Counted from the first letter of the stretch, positions 1 through 10,944 are shown. The stretch: DNA of 55,440 bases from an uncultured virus (IMG/VR IMGVR_UViG_3300042295_000410) (IMGVR_UViG_3300042295_000410), one strand, 5' to 3'. The notes: generated by a model from the letters alone, not told the origin. Program-made: numbers and translations.

Positions 1-110
1 GATTTGCAACTGCTCTAAAACAATTATCTGCACAAAAGCCAGGTCAGCCAATGGGACAAAAGCCTGCTACCCTGCCAGGCCAAACAACTCCTGCACAGGG
101 AACAATGTAA
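1..110 (+). CDS. 3' end of a Gln/Pro-rich protein (partial)
   Basis: Open frame from nt 3 (FATALKQLSAQKPGQPMGQKPATLPGQTTPAQGTM) ending TAA at 108-110, adjacent to the next ATG. Confidence 0.6.
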   Translation, partial: FATALKQLSAQKPGQPMGQKPATLPGQTTPAQGTM

Positions 111-111
111 T

Positions 112-321
112 ATGAAAATTGCACAACTTTTAGACGGTGTTTCAATTGCACTTACAAATGAAGAACAAAAATTTGTAAAGCGTTTCCCTGAAGCCACTAT
201 CAACGCACTAGACGAGCGAGATAAATGGATTGCTCAGAACCTTGTACGCAAGGGCATCTATGAACTAAGTAATGACAGCCGATCAATTATAAAGAAATTA
301 GATGAAAATAACTTCAGATGA
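112..321 (+). CDS. hypothetical phage protein
   Basis: 69-aa ORF tightly packed between neighbours. Confidence 0.7.
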   Translation: MKIAQLLDGVSIALTNEEQKFVKRFPEATINALDERDKWIAQNLVRKGIYELSNDSRSIIKKLDENNFR

Positions 322-772
322 AATTTATTTAAAGATTCAACAAATCAGCACTGATGTTAAGGAAACACTTAAACGTCAGGGCATTGTTGTTCCTGTAAAG
401 AAACGTGATGGATCTATTCAAATAGGTTCGTACAGCATCAAAAAAGAAGGGTCTGGATTTTACTCCATACTGGATTTTAAAAATGAAGTTATACTTAATC
501 GTATAAACTTACCGCAAACCGCAGCAATACAGGCCAACAGGTTAGCACTGGGCAAGTATATAGATGACAATATAATGCAGGCAGATACAAAATATGGCCA
601 TGCACATTTCGATGAAGAATTGCATACTCATTTAGCTGAGCGCAGCCTAGGTAAAAAAGACCTAGACAAAGCCGAAATGATGTACACAAAGTCAATTATT
701 GCAAGACACAAAAAGAATCAGCACATGTTTGAAGTTAAGAAAGTCTTCGAGAAACTAATGCGGTTTAGATAA
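302..772 (+). CDS. hypothetical phage protein
   Basis: 156-aa ORF overlapping the upstream stop, phage-like packing. Confidence 0.75.
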   Translation: MKITSDEIYLKIQQISTDVKETLKRQGIVVPVKKRDGSIQIGSYSIKKEGSGFYSILDFKNEVILNRINLPQTAAIQANRLALGKYIDDNIMQADTKYGHAHFDEELHTHLAERSLGKKDLDKAEMMYTKSIIARHKKNQHMFEVKKVFEKLMRFR

Positions 773-802
773 ATAAATTTAACCAATTCTTTCGGAACCA
801 CT

Positions 803-2116
803 ATGAAGACAACAGATTTTTCAGCTACAATTACTAGTTTTAAACTAAAGGAAAACATGAATAAAATGTTTGGCCTTAACGTTCATCTTGACAAATATGA
901 CAGAGAGCAGCTAGAAGATATGCGTAACAAACTACGCACAAGGGTGTTCCAACAAGAAGGACGTGCAGGTATTAACGATCTGCTAACTAACGAAACATAC
1001 CAAAAAGACAAGGCCATGTTGGACTTGCTCAACACAAGGATTAAAGAAATGCTAGGTGAAGACATCAAAAAACTACGTGACAAAATGACAGAGCTAAGTG
1101 AAGCTAAAAAGGGCGTCAAAGCACCTAAGTACAAGATTCACTCACAGGGTACCTCTGCTAAAGACTACGACGGCGATGGCAAGAAAGAAAGCCCTAAGGA
1201 CGAAGTCTGGGGTAGTCGTGCTAAAGCTGCTGCCAAGTCAGGCAAGCCATTTGAAGAAGGTAAAGGATCTAAGCCAGACTTCCTCGACATGGACAAAGAC
1301 GGTAATAAAAAAGAACCGATGAAGAAAGCCGTTAAAGACAAAAAAGTCAAAGAAGGTTTCCCAACTGTTGACGATGCTAAGAAAGCAGCCGCTGGTACAG
1401 CCAGTATGAAAGCAGGCGAGAAGAAGAAGTCAAGCACAGGTGGCGAGATTACTAAAACTGCTACAGGTCTAAAGCACACAGCAGGCAAGAACTACGGTGG
1501 TAAGGATGCTCCTAAAGCACCAGACAGCGATAAGAAAGCTAAGAAGGCTATGAAAGAAAGCCAATTTAACCACAACGTTCACTTTGTAAATGAGAGCCTA
1601 CAGTTCTTATTGCAAGAAGACGAAGAAGGCAAGGCCAAGGCTATCACAGCCGCAGGCGACATGGTCAATGACTTTACAAGTTGGATGCAACGTGTTGGTC
1701 AATATCAGACAAAGACAATGATTGAATTGGCTGATGCTATCAAGGCAGACTTTGGAGCACAAGAAGCAGAAGCATTCAAGGCATCCGTAGGCCCGGCACT
1801 GAGCGCAACACTAGAAGTATTGACACAACAGCGTGAAGCAGTAAGCGGCGCAGTTGCAGTGTTGGCAGGCGAAGCTACTCCAGACATGGGCAATATGGGA
1901 ATGGAGCCAGGCATGGACGCAGGTATGCCAACAGATGATCCAAGCATGGATATTGCGGCACCAGACGATATGAATGCACCTGCACCGGCCGGTGACGAGT
2001 TTGGTGCTAGTGATGCAGCAGCAGGCATGGGCACAACAGGTCGAGAAATGCGTGAAAGCCGTTTTGCCCGCAAGTTGGCCGAGTCTCACAGCATTATGTC
2101 TAAATTGGCAAAATGA
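803..2116 (+). CDS. putative head/prohead-associated protein (Lys-rich middle, acidic tail)
   Basis: 437 aa; TAAATA upstream; repeated [LVM]xE motifs (LSE, VKE, MKE, MRE, LAE) resembling T4-like prohead protease sites. Confidence 0.55.
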   Translation: MKTTDFSATITSFKLKENMNKMFGLNVHLDKYDREQLEDMRNKLRTRVFQQEGRAGINDLLTNETYQKDKAMLDLLNTRIKEMLGEDIKKLRDKMTELSEAKKGVKAPKYKIHSQGTSAKDYDGDGKKESPKDEVWGSRAKAAAKSGKPFEEGKGSKPDFLDMDKDGNKKEPMKKAVKDKKVKEGFPTVDDAKKAAAGTASMKAGEKKKSSTGGEITKTATGLKHTAGKNYGGKDAPKAPDSDKKAKKAMKESQFNHNVHFVNESLQFLLQEDEEGKAKAITAAGDMVNDFTSWMQRVGQYQTKTMIELADAIKADFGAQEAEAFKASVGPALSATLEVLTQQREAVSGAVAVLAGEATPDMGNMGMEPGMDAGMPTDDPSMDIAAPDDMNAPAPAGDEFGASDAAAGMGTTGREMRESRFARKLAESHSIMSKLAK

Positions 2117-2451
2117 GATTATTTGAAGTAGACTTAGGAAGTGCTAGGGATGTCTTAGCAGTTCTTCAAGGACAGGCAAATAGAGCAGGGCAAAGTTCAA
2201 CTTTGCCTTTTGCTGTTGTCATAAAACTAATTAGACCATTTGGTTTGGGAATTAGTACTCCAGACGGGTTAATTGCTCTTAAAAATGAAGTAGATCCAGC
2301 AGGAGATGTTATTCAAGACATTGATGATCAAGGAAATGTTATCCTTAATACAGGCGAAGCAAATCCAAATCAACCACAAGAACCCACAGGTTCCCCGGCA
2401 GTAGATGCAATGGCATCTAGCAACGCCAAACAATTATCGCCAAATATTTGA
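2113..2451 (+). CDS. hypothetical virion-associated protein
   Basis: 112 aa, ATGA overlap, N-terminus MRLFE. Confidence 0.6.
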   Translation: MRLFEVDLGSARDVLAVLQGQANRAGQSSTLPFAVVIKLIRPFGLGISTPDGLIALKNEVDPAGDVIQDIDDQGNVILNTGEANPNQPQEPTGSPAVDAMASSNAKQLSPNI

Positions 2452-2476
2452 CCTTATAAACTTGCGATGCTATAAT
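2448..2476 (+). promoter_or_regulatory. sigma70-type promoter (probably leaderless transcript)
   Basis: TTGACC-17 nt-TATAAT, ATG 7 nt downstream, no SD. Confidence 0.75.
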
Positions 2477-2483
2477 TATAGTA

Positions 2484-3209
2484 ATGCAAGTTTATACTCC
2501 TCCCCCGTTCATTGAACGATTCCAATACAAAAATTGTCAGCAGATAAATGATCCCGTAACACGGAAACGAGTTTATCAAACACCTGACGGTGAAAAGCTA
2601 CCCAGCGTAACTACTATCCTCAGTGCCACCAAAGATCAGACGCACTTGATTGAATGGCGTAAACGAGTAGGTGCTGAGAAAGCGCAACAGATCACCACAG
2701 AGGCAGCAGGCGTAGGTACAGCCATGCACGCCAATTTAGAACGATTCCTAATTGGTGAACAGCGACAGCCCGGTAATAACCCAGTGCATGTGCAGGCTAA
2801 TAAAATGGCTGATATCATCATTGAAAACGGACTGAGTAAAATGAACGAAGTATGGGCCATGGAACAGAGCCTGTATTTCCCGGGACTATACAGTGGTACT
2901 ACTGACCTAGTTGGAGTATTCGAGGATGAGCCAGCAGTATGCGATCATAAGCAGACTAACAAGCCTAAAAAAGCAGAGTGGGTCGAGGACTATTATGTAC
3001 AGTTAGTTGCCTATATATTAGCACATAATGAAGTCTACGGAACTAACATTCGTAGGGGTGTTATTTTTATGTGCAGCCGCGATTTACAGTATCAGCAGTT
3101 TGATCTAAACAAAGACAACTTTAACAAGTACGAAGACATGTGGTTAGGAAAAGTAGAAGAATACTACACTAAAGGCATGCAGGGCTTAAAGCAAATGCTC
3201 ACTCAGTAA
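2484..3209 (+). CDS. PD-(D/E)XK exonuclease (MGME1/Cas4-like phage exonuclease)
   Basis: LPSVTTIL, WRKRVG, GTAMH, E...YSGTTDLV...DHKQ motifs. Confidence 0.85.
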   Translation: MQVYTPPPFIERFQYKNCQQINDPVTRKRVYQTPDGEKLPSVTTILSATKDQTHLIEWRKRVGAEKAQQITTEAAGVGTAMHANLERFLIGEQRQPGNNPVHVQANKMADIIIENGLSKMNEVWAMEQSLYFPGLYSGTTDLVGVFEDEPAVCDHKQTNKPKKAEWVEDYYVQLVAYILAHNEVYGTNIRRGVIFMCSRDLQYQQFDLNKDNFNKYEDMWLGKVEEYYTKGMQGLKQMLTQ

Positions 3210-3239
3210 GATAAATATCCCATAACGGGGATATTTTTT

Positions 3240-5171
3240 ATGGCTGTCATCGAGATTGCAAAAATCCAGGTCCGAAGAGGACAAGAAAATCAAACAGGAA
3301 TACCTGCACTTGCAGGTGGCGAATTTGCTTGGGCTGCTGATACAGAACGTCTGTTCGTCGGCTTAAGAAGAGATGACGGTGGGTCACGTGACGCAAATGT
3401 AGAAATTCTAACAGAAAATCATCTGAAGAACTTCTTCCAAGTTAGTTTCACAACATCAACTTATATCTATAGAGAAGGTTCGGCTTCTGCTGTGGCAGGA
3501 ATTGACGGTATTACTGAGTATGGTGGTGCCGAATGGGATCGAACTATACAAGATAAATTAGATGATATTGTTAGTGTAAGAGATTTTGGAGTTTACGGCA
3601 ATGGTAATGATTGGGATCTAGATAGGTTACAATTTACTATTGATAGGCTGTTTTTAAATAATGCAAAGTACAATATTGATCCGGCTAAAAAGTTGTATTT
3701 TCCAGCCGGTACATATTACATAACAGGAACTGTTTATATTCCTGCTTATACTAATATTATAGGTGATGGTATTGGAAAGACTGTATTTGTTTTGACAACG
3801 AATACATCTGCTATGATTAAAACAATGGATAGTCGGTCCGTCAGTGGCCTTAACCCACTTACATTCGACTCAGGTGGTTTTGTAACTACAGGTACTGCAA
3901 GATTCATTCAAATGAGTGATCTTACATTACAGTATAATACAGCTACAACTGTTACATCAGCAATGAGTTTGTTAAGTCTTGACTGTGCCGACAACTCGTT
4001 AATTAGGAATGTAGAGTTTAAAGGCAATCACACAACGGGAACTGGAGTATTAACTACATCAGGTTACGTAGGATTAAACCTACGAGGTAAGACAGAAAAC
4101 GGAACACATGCTAATTCTATTATTGACAATTGTTCCTTTGATGGTCTTTATTCTGGAGTTATATCTAATCATGATATTAAAACAATTACGATTCAAAACT
4201 CAGAATTTAATACATTGGTAAGAGGCGTAACATTTAATGATCCTAAAGACGGAACAGCCTTAGTTGGACCTACCTTTGTAAAAATTGCCAACAACAGATT
4301 TGATGTTATAGAACGAGAAGCTATTTACGTAGGTAGTAATGGTTCTAACACAGGTAGTTATGTAATAAGTCAGAACAACTTTTTTGAAAGAGTTGGCATA
4401 CGACACGATGACGAATACGGTGACATAGGATCAACCGCCAGCGCGGTTATTAGTTTCTTATCTGATCAAAACTCCAGCATCAATGATCATTTTAGACGAG
4501 CACTTGTTCATAAGCAATATATCAACACTCCTTTAACTACATATTATAGACCTCTAGTTGACGGAAGAACTACACTAGACGAAGTATTTGTTACCACTGC
4601 AACTATCTATCCTGGCAACACTGCAACTACCTTCTTAAGATTACCTATTACAGGCAACAGTCAACATTTAGGTATTAAGTACAGTGCATTTAGACAAAAT
4701 GCAGGAGCAAGTACTGCTACTGTTATTATTGGCACAATAAACGGAACCACTGCTACTATAAATGATACTACTTCAGTGTTAGAGTTTTCTACCGTTGAAA
4801 TTCTTGTAGCTTCTACAGTAACTTCAGTTATTCCACCTAATACAGTAATTGATGCGGTTGATTATGATACAAATACGATCACATTTTCAAATACTGTTAC
4901 ATTGGCGGCAACTGACATTTTAGCTTTTGCTTCACAGTTAGATAGAATGGGTAACCTAGGTGTTTACCTACAAGATAGTGCAAACCCTAATGTATTGGTC
5001 ACTGACGATTACAACTTTATTAATTCAGACGGTGGCCTAGCGTTCTTTGTCAGCGTAAATAATACAGGAAGCTATTACGAAATTAGTGCAAGTTTAAATA
5101 CAGACACAAATTTTGGTCCTGTTATAACAGTTCCCGTAGTTCTTGAATTCCAAAATAAATTAATGCTGTAA
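3240..5171 (+). CDS. tail fibre/tailspike-like protein with pectate-lyase-like beta-helix
   Basis: N-terminal IQVRRG..L..GE tail-fibre motif; VSVRDFG..GNG..D and LYFPAGTY beta-helix entry motifs. Confidence 0.75.
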   Translation: MAVIEIAKIQVRRGQENQTGIPALAGGEFAWAADTERLFVGLRRDDGGSRDANVEILTENHLKNFFQVSFTTSTYIYREGSASAVAGIDGITEYGGAEWDRTIQDKLDDIVSVRDFGVYGNGNDWDLDRLQFTIDRLFLNNAKYNIDPAKKLYFPAGTYYITGTVYIPAYTNIIGDGIGKTVFVLTTNTSAMIKTMDSRSVSGLNPLTFDSGGFVTTGTARFIQMSDLTLQYNTATTVTSAMSLLSLDCADNSLIRNVEFKGNHTTGTGVLTTSGYVGLNLRGKTENGTHANSIIDNCSFDGLYSGVISNHDIKTITIQNSEFNTLVRGVTFNDPKDGTALVGPTFVKIANNRFDVIEREAIYVGSNGSNTGSYVISQNNFFERVGIRHDDEYGDIGSTASAVISFLSDQNSSINDHFRRALVHKQYINTPLTTYYRPLVDGRTTLDEVFVTTATIYPGNTATTFLRLPITGNSQHLGIKYSAFRQNAGASTATVIIGTINGTTATINDTTSVLEFSTVEILVASTVTSVIPPNTVIDAVDYDTNTITFSNTVTLAATDILAFASQLDRMGNLGVYLQDSANPNVLVTDDYNFINSDGGLAFFVSVNNTGSYYEISASLNTDTNFGPVITVPVVLEFQNKLML

Positions 5172-5178
5172 GGAAAAT

Positions 5179-5613
5179 ATGTTTAACCAACCTGTAGATG
5201 ACAGATTAACAGAGTGGACAAATCATAGAAGGAAATTAGACGAGGTTGAGAATCCCTTACAGGTAGTTTGGGATTTTTGGCACCATGCCCCCTTCATACC
5301 ATATAATAGATCAATTGATCCTTACTATCAACAAAGCTGGCCCAGTCCTTGGGAAATTATTGTAGAAAACGTCTACGACGATTTTACCAAAGCACTAATG
5401 ATTAGCTGGACGCTTAAATTGACAAAAAAATTTAAGGATAGTAACATTGAAGTCCGCACTTTAGTAGACAACAACCAAACGAGAGAGTATAATTTAGTTT
5501 ATATTGATGATAAGTGGGTTGTCAATTATGACGACAACGGACCTGTACCAGTTGATAAAGTCAACGGGTCATTTAAGATAGAAAATCTAGTTGAAGTTAC
5601 TGCCCCCAGGTAA
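5179..5613 (+). CDS. hypothetical phage protein
   Basis: 144 aa, AAGGA SD. Confidence 0.75.
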   Translation: MFNQPVDDRLTEWTNHRRKLDEVENPLQVVWDFWHHAPFIPYNRSIDPYYQQSWPSPWEIIVENVYDDFTKALMISWTLKLTKKFKDSNIEVRTLVDNNQTREYNLVYIDDKWVVNYDDNGPVPVDKVNGSFKIENLVEVTAPR

Positions 5614-5648
5614 ATACCAGCTTAGAAGAAAAATAAAGGAAGTACCTC

Positions 5649-7979
5649 ATGATTACAGTGGTTAAACGTAATGGGAATCGTGTCCCCTTAGACATAGCAA
5701 AGATACAAAGACAGGTAGCATATTCGTGTAGAGGTATAGATGGAGTAAGTCCATCCATGATTGAGATCAAGGCACAGATTGAACTACACGACGGAATGAC
5801 CACTAAAACCATCGACGAACTACTGTTAAAAGCAATGGTCGACTTGATCGACGAAACAGAAAATCCAGAAATTAATAATGTAAACTATCAACAGGTAGCT
5901 GGCAGGCAAAAAGTCAGTATGTTACGTAAAGAAGTATACGGAGAGTATGATCCTCCTAAACTATACAGCATTGTTAAAAAGAATGTAGAGCTAGGTATGT
6001 ATACTAGTGATCTGCTAGAATGGTATACACAAGAAGAATGGGATATTATTGACCTATTCATTGATCATAGCAAAGATGAAAACTATACCTATGCAGCCGT
6101 GGCACAATTGGCTGAAAAGTATCTAGTACAAAATCGTGCTACAGGTATAATCTATGAAACTCCTCAGGTTCGTTATGCTATTGCCGCCGCAACAGCTTTT
6201 CACAATGAATCTAAGGATAAAAGACTAAAATTAGTAAAGGAATATTATGAGTGTGCAAGTGATGGCCACTTTACTTTAGCTACCCCTGTCCTTGCTGGCC
6301 TTGGCACCACAACTAAACAATTCAGTAGTTGCGTACTTATTAGTAGTGATGATACTCTTGATTCGATCTTTGCCGCAGGCGAAATGATGGCCAAATATGC
6401 TTCAAAACGAGCCGGAATTGGTCTCGAAATTGGCAGAATCCGCCCCTTAGGGGCCCCTATTCGCAACGGTGAGATCAAGCATACGGGTATGATACCATTC
6501 TTAAAGAAATGGTTTGCAGACCTTCGCAGTTGCAGTCAAGGCGGTATTCGTAATGCTAGCTGTACAGTAACTTTTCCCATCTGGCATTATCAGTTTGAGG
6601 ACCTTATTGTTCTAAAGAACAACCAAGGTACCGAGGAAGTGCGGGTACGCCAAATGGACTATAGTGTTGTTGTTAATGCTATGTTCTGGAATCGGTATAA
6701 GCGTGGCGAAACAATGAGTTTGTTTGATCCAGCAGAAGTTCCGGATCTATACGAAGCCTACTACAGAGACTCAGCAGAATTTGAAAAGTTGTATCTACAA
6801 TATGAACAAGATAAGACAAAGAAAAAGAAAGTTGTATCAGCGGATGAGATATTCAAAAATGGAATCCTTAAAGAGCGAACTGATACGGGGCGTATATATC
6901 TTGTCAATATCGACAACGTTATTAACCAGGGTCCATTTGATACAACCTTGGATCCAATATATCAATCAAACTTATGCCAGGAGATACTTTTACCCACCCG
7001 CCCTTTCCAGAGAATTGAAGATCCAGAGGGACGAATTGCTCTTTGCACTCTTGGCAGCATCAACTGGGGAGCGTTCCGTAACCCACAAGAGATGAGAAAA
7101 GCCTGTCGTGTGCTGGTCCGAAGTTTAAGTAATTTACTACAATATCAAGATTTTTTAAGTGTACAAAGTAAACTCGCTAATCAAGACTTCGAACCACTTG
7201 GAGTTGGCATTACTAATCTTGCTTACTGGCATGCACGTAAAAGTTTCAAATACGGGACCGATGAAGCATTAGCTGAAGTTAAGCGTTGGACGGAACACCA
7301 AGCATACTACCTAACCGAAATGAGTGTCGAGCTTGCCCAAGAACGTGGCCCATGCGGACGTAGTCAGTACACTTACTATGGTAAGGGAGTGTTTCCCTGG
7401 GAGCGTCGTAAACCTGGAGTTAACGAATTAACTGACTTTACTCCTAGTATGGATTGGGAACCATTACGTGAAAGAATGATCAAGTACGGTATTCGTAATG
7501 CTACCTTAATGGCCGTGGCACCAGTAGAGTCCAGTTCAGTTGTGTTAAACTCTACCAACGGAATTGAAATGCCGATGGAATTGATTTCTGTAAAGGAATC
7601 GAAAGCTGGATCGTTTGTACAAGTCGTGCCAGAGTACAAACGTCTAAAGAATCGTTATCAGTTGATGTGGGATCAGAAGGACTGTGTTGACTATTTGAAG
7701 ACCAGTGCTGTGCTTGCTGCCTACATTGATCAAAGCCTGAGCACTAATACATTCTACAACCCGGCACATTTTGCTGGAGGAAAAGTGCCGGGTACATTAA
7801 TTGCTAAAAATTTAATGTTAGCCTACAAATGGGGCATTAAGACAATCTATTACAGTTTAATTAATAAAATGGGTGCAAAGGCAGATGTAACAAACACTAA
7901 CATATCTATCCCCATTGCAATCAATGCCGCAGATAATGTAGTATTGTACGATGATGATTGCGAAGCCTGTAAATTATAA
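5649..7979 (+). CDS. nrdA: ribonucleotide reductase class Ia alpha subunit
   Basis: ATP-cone VVKRNG, QFSSC, SNLCQEI catalytic motif, C-terminal CEACKL. Confidence 0.97.
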   Translation: MITVVKRNGNRVPLDIAKIQRQVAYSCRGIDGVSPSMIEIKAQIELHDGMTTKTIDELLLKAMVDLIDETENPEINNVNYQQVAGRQKVSMLRKEVYGEYDPPKLYSIVKKNVELGMYTSDLLEWYTQEEWDIIDLFIDHSKDENYTYAAVAQLAEKYLVQNRATGIIYETPQVRYAIAAATAFHNESKDKRLKLVKEYYECASDGHFTLATPVLAGLGTTTKQFSSCVLISSDDTLDSIFAAGEMMAKYASKRAGIGLEIGRIRPLGAPIRNGEIKHTGMIPFLKKWFADLRSCSQGGIRNASCTVTFPIWHYQFEDLIVLKNNQGTEEVRVRQMDYSVVVNAMFWNRYKRGETMSLFDPAEVPDLYEAYYRDSAEFEKLYLQYEQDKTKKKKVVSADEIFKNGILKERTDTGRIYLVNIDNVINQGPFDTTLDPIYQSNLCQEILLPTRPFQRIEDPEGRIALCTLGSINWGAFRNPQEMRKACRVLVRSLSNLLQYQDFLSVQSKLANQDFEPLGVGITNLAYWHARKSFKYGTDEALAEVKRWTEHQAYYLTEMSVELAQERGPCGRSQYTYYGKGVFPWERRKPGVNELTDFTPSMDWEPLRERMIKYGIRNATLMAVAPVESSSVVLNSTNGIEMPMELISVKESKAGSFVQVVPEYKRLKNRYQLMWDQKDCVDYLKTSAVLAAYIDQSLSTNTFYNPAHFAGGKVPGTLIAKNLMLAYKWGIKTIYYSLINKMGAKADVTNTNISIPIAINAADNVVLYDDDCEACKL

Positions 7980-7991
7980 AGAGAACCACAC

Positions 7992-9092
7992 ATGAGCAAA
8001 GAACAATACAATCTATCAAAACAAACAAACTATCTAAAACGTACAATGTTTCTGGATCCAGCTGGTCCAGTTACTGTGCAACGCTTTGAAGAAGTCAAGT
8101 ACCCTAAGATTACCAAGTACGAAGAACTTGCTCGTGGATTCTTTTGGGTCCCAGAAGAGATCAGTCTTACTAAAGACAAGATGGATCACAAGGATGCAAG
8201 TGATGCAGTTAAGCATATTTTTACTAGTAACTTACTGCGTCAGACAGCATTAGATAGTATTCAAGGTCGCGCACCTAATCAAGTATTTCAACCTGTTATC
8301 AGTATTCCTGAACTAGAAGCATTAGTAAGCAATTGGAGTTTCTTTGAAACAAATATTCACTCAAAATCTTACAGTCACATTATTCGTAATGTCTATGGCG
8401 TACCTAAAGAAGAATTTAACAAGATTCACGACACGGCTGAAATTGTTGGCATGGCTGCTAACATTGGTCGCTACTATGAGGATCTTCATCAGCTCAACTG
8501 TCGTAAAGAGTTGGGCGAGGAAATTGAACTCCATACTCATAAGCGAGCCATATGGTTGGCCTTACACGCATCATATGCATTGGAGGCTCTACGCTTCATG
8601 GTAAGTTTTGCCACAAGTCTAGCAATGGTAGAGAATAAGATCTATATTGGCAACGGTAACATCATCAGTTTGATTCTACAAGATGAGTTGTTACATACAG
8701 AATGGACTGCCTGGCTGATCAACAACGTGACTAAAGATGATACAGACTTTGTAAAACTTGAAGAAGAATGTGCAGAAGAAGTCTATACCCTCTATATGGA
8801 TGTCATCCGAGAAGAAAAAGAGTGGGCAGATTATTTGTTCAAGCTAGGACCAGTTATTGGCCTTAATGCTACTATCCTGTCTGACTTTGTTGACTACACT
8901 GCGTTTGTGCGTTTAAAGGAAATTGGTATTAAGTATCAAGGAGAGCATCCTAAGTTTAGTCCTATCCCTTGGTTCAACAAACACGTTAATATCAATAAGA
9001 AACAGACCGCCTTGCAAGAAAACGAAAGTACTAACTATGTCATCGGTGTTATGAGTGATGCAGTTAGTTACGACGAATTACCGGATTTATAA
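7992..9092 (+). CDS. nrdB: ribonucleotide reductase class Ia beta subunit
   Basis: FFWVPEE, ETNIHSKSY, DELLH di-iron ligands, ALQENE tail. Confidence 0.97.
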   Translation: MSKEQYNLSKQTNYLKRTMFLDPAGPVTVQRFEEVKYPKITKYEELARGFFWVPEEISLTKDKMDHKDASDAVKHIFTSNLLRQTALDSIQGRAPNQVFQPVISIPELEALVSNWSFFETNIHSKSYSHIIRNVYGVPKEEFNKIHDTAEIVGMAANIGRYYEDLHQLNCRKELGEEIELHTHKRAIWLALHASYALEALRFMVSFATSLAMVENKIYIGNGNIISLILQDELLHTEWTAWLINNVTKDDTDFVKLEEECAEEVYTLYMDVIREEKEWADYLFKLGPVIGLNATILSDFVDYTAFVRLKEIGIKYQGEHPKFSPIPWFNKHVNINKKQTALQENESTNYVIGVMSDAVSYDELPDL

Positions 9093-9096
9093 AACT

Positions 9097-9471
9097 ATGG
9101 CATACTCAAATAAAGTAATTGACCATTACGAAAACCCTCGTAATGTAGGTAAGTTTGAAATAGACGACACTGTAGGTACAGGCATGGTCGGTGCACCTGC
9201 TTGCGGTGACGTAATGAAATTACAGATAAAGGTAGATGAAAATGGTATTATTAGAGATGCTCGTTTCAAGACATATGGATGTGGTTCAGCAATCGCCAGC
9301 TCCAGTCTTGTCACTGAGATGGTTAAAGGAATGCATGTGGATGATGCTAGTAACATTCGTAATAGCCAGATTGCTGAAGAATTAGCACTACCGCCCGTTA
9401 AGATACATTGCAGTATATTGGCTGAAGATGCTATTAAAGCTGCTGTTGAAGATTATCGTAAAAAACATTAA
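9097..9471 (+). CDS. iscU: Fe-S cluster scaffold IscU
   Basis: MAYSNKVIDHYENPRNVG, GAPACGD, GCGSAIASSS, LPPVKIHCS. Confidence 0.96.
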   Translation: MAYSNKVIDHYENPRNVGKFEIDDTVGTGMVGAPACGDVMKLQIKVDENGIIRDARFKTYGCGSAIASSSLVTEMVKGMHVDDASNIRNSQIAEELALPPVKIHCSILAEDAIKAAVEDYRKKH

Positions 9472-9798
9472 ATGATAACATTAATGGAACAAGCTGCCGC
9501 TAAAGTTAAGAAACATCTAGAACGAAGAGGCAAAGGGCTAGGGATACGTATCGGTGTAAAAACCACAGGGTGTTCTGGCTTGGCTTATACGTTAGAATTT
9601 GTAGATCATGTTCCAGTAACTCGCGATCAATTTGTCTACGAAAGCAACGGTGTTAAAGTTTGGGTAGATGGAAAATCTTATCCGTATGTTAATGGATTGG
9701 AAGTACACTGGGTACGCAACGGACTTAATGAAGGATTTGAATTTAAGAATCCTAACGAACGTGACCGATGTGGATGCGGTGAAAGTTTTAGAGTATGA
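9472..9798 (+). CDS. iscA: Fe-S cluster assembly protein IscA
   Basis: GCSGLAY and CGCGESF motifs. Confidence 0.95.
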   Translation: MITLMEQAAAKVKKHLERRGKGLGIRIGVKTTGCSGLAYTLEFVDHVPVTRDQFVYESNGVKVWVDGKSYPYVNGLEVHWVRNGLNEGFEFKNPNERDRCGCGESFRV

Positions 9799-9823
9799 AT
9801 TATCAGTTTAAAGGAAATATAAA

Positions 9824-10048
9824 ATGAAAGCGATTGTGTGGTCTAAGTACCATTGCCCCTACTGCGATCAAGCAAAGGCATTACTAAAACAGAAAGGCAT
9901 TGCCTTTGAAGAAAAGAAAATAGGTGATGGTTATACCAAAGAAGAATTATTAGAAGCTGTACCAACAGCTAGAGCAGTTCCCCAAATCTTTTTAGATGGG
10001 GAGCTAGTTGGCGGCTTCACCGAACTAAAGGCAAAACTAAATGGCTAA
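9824..10048 (+). CDS. grx: glutaredoxin
   Basis: CPYC, VPQIF, VGGF. Confidence 0.93.
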   Translation: MKAIVWSKYHCPYCDQAKALLKQKGIAFEEKKIGDGYTKEELLEAVPTARAVPQIFLDGELVGGFTELKAKLNG

Positions 10049-10487
10049 TAGTGATGATGAACTATCCATCTCTTTAGATGATCCACTCGACAATACCATG
10101 TCAATAGACATTAGCAATACGATGAACTACTCTTTTTCATCAACTGGTGCAACAGGAGCTTCGGGATCTTATTATGTATCTACTGGAGCAGGGGGTAACG
10201 GAACATGGGCAACTAACCCTTATGTTTTTACAACTGCTAATTCCAGCGTAGCAAGCATGTCACACGCAGGGCTACACGTTACTAGCGATGCTAAGTTTGA
10301 TGGCGACATTAAATGGAAGGGCCGAAGCCTTGGAGAACTGTTAACTACTATTGAAAAGAGACTGGCTATCCTAACTCCGGATCCGGCCAAGTTAGAGCAC
10401 TTTGAGGCACTCCAGAAAGCATACCAGCATTATAAAACTCTAGAAGCACTGTGCGAGATACCTGAGAAGAAAGATGACGGATCCTAA
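10041..10487 (+). CDS. hypothetical phage protein
   Basis: 148 aa, overlaps grx stop. Confidence 0.7.
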   Translation: MANSDDELSISLDDPLDNTMSIDISNTMNYSFSSTGATGASGSYYVSTGAGGNGTWATNPYVFTTANSSVASMSHAGLHVTSDAKFDGDIKWKGRSLGELLTTIEKRLAILTPDPAKLEHFEALQKAYQHYKTLEALCEIPEKKDDGS

Positions 10488-10632
10488 AGATCAAAAGATA
10501 GCTGCACTTGAGCAGCAACTTGCTAGGCTAACTCAGCAGGTTAAAGAATTAAATCAGCGTGTCTCTTTTATAGAAAGAGAAAACGCCCGACGTAAACAAG
10601 ACATAAACATTTTAGCACAACGAAAAGGATAA
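10474..10632 (+). CDS. small coiled-coil protein (not in ORF track)
   Basis: 52 aa MTDPKDQKIAALEQQLARLTQQVKELNQRVSFIERENARRKQDINILAQRKG fills the gap exactly. Confidence 0.65.
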   Translation: MTDPKDQKIAALEQQLARLTQQVKELNQRVSFIERENARRKQDINILAQRKG

Positions 10633-10635
10633 AAC

Positions 10636-10923
10636 ATGTTATTAGAAAAACAAATCGCTACAGGAGATGTAGTAAGTCTTAAATTATTAAACGGTGACGA
10701 AATTATCGCACGTTTTGAAGGCGAAACAGCCACTGAGATTAAATTAGACAGACCAAAAGCATTGACTATGAATGCACAAGGATTAGGAATGATTCCTTGG
10801 TTGTTCTTGGGTGCAAAAAATATAATCACATTACAAAAAGCACACGTATTTTGTATGGTACCTAGTCAAAAGGAAGCCGCAGATCAATATATGCAAGGTA
10901 CTACTGGTATAGCAATGGCTTAA
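10636..10923 (+). CDS. conserved phage protein, Sm/LSm-like fold likely
   Basis: VVSLKLLNGDEIIAR beta-rich pattern, AAGGA SD. Confidence 0.6.
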   Translation: MLLEKQIATGDVVSLKLLNGDEIIARFEGETATEIKLDRPKALTMNAQGLGMIPWLFLGAKNIITLQKAHVFCMVPSQKEAADQYMQGTTGIAMA

Positions 10924-10944
10924 ATACTAGTTTAAGAGATCAAT

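Noticed and set aside
5649..9092. Introns or inteins in nrdA/nrdB
   Set aside because: Both ORFs are continuous and of normal length
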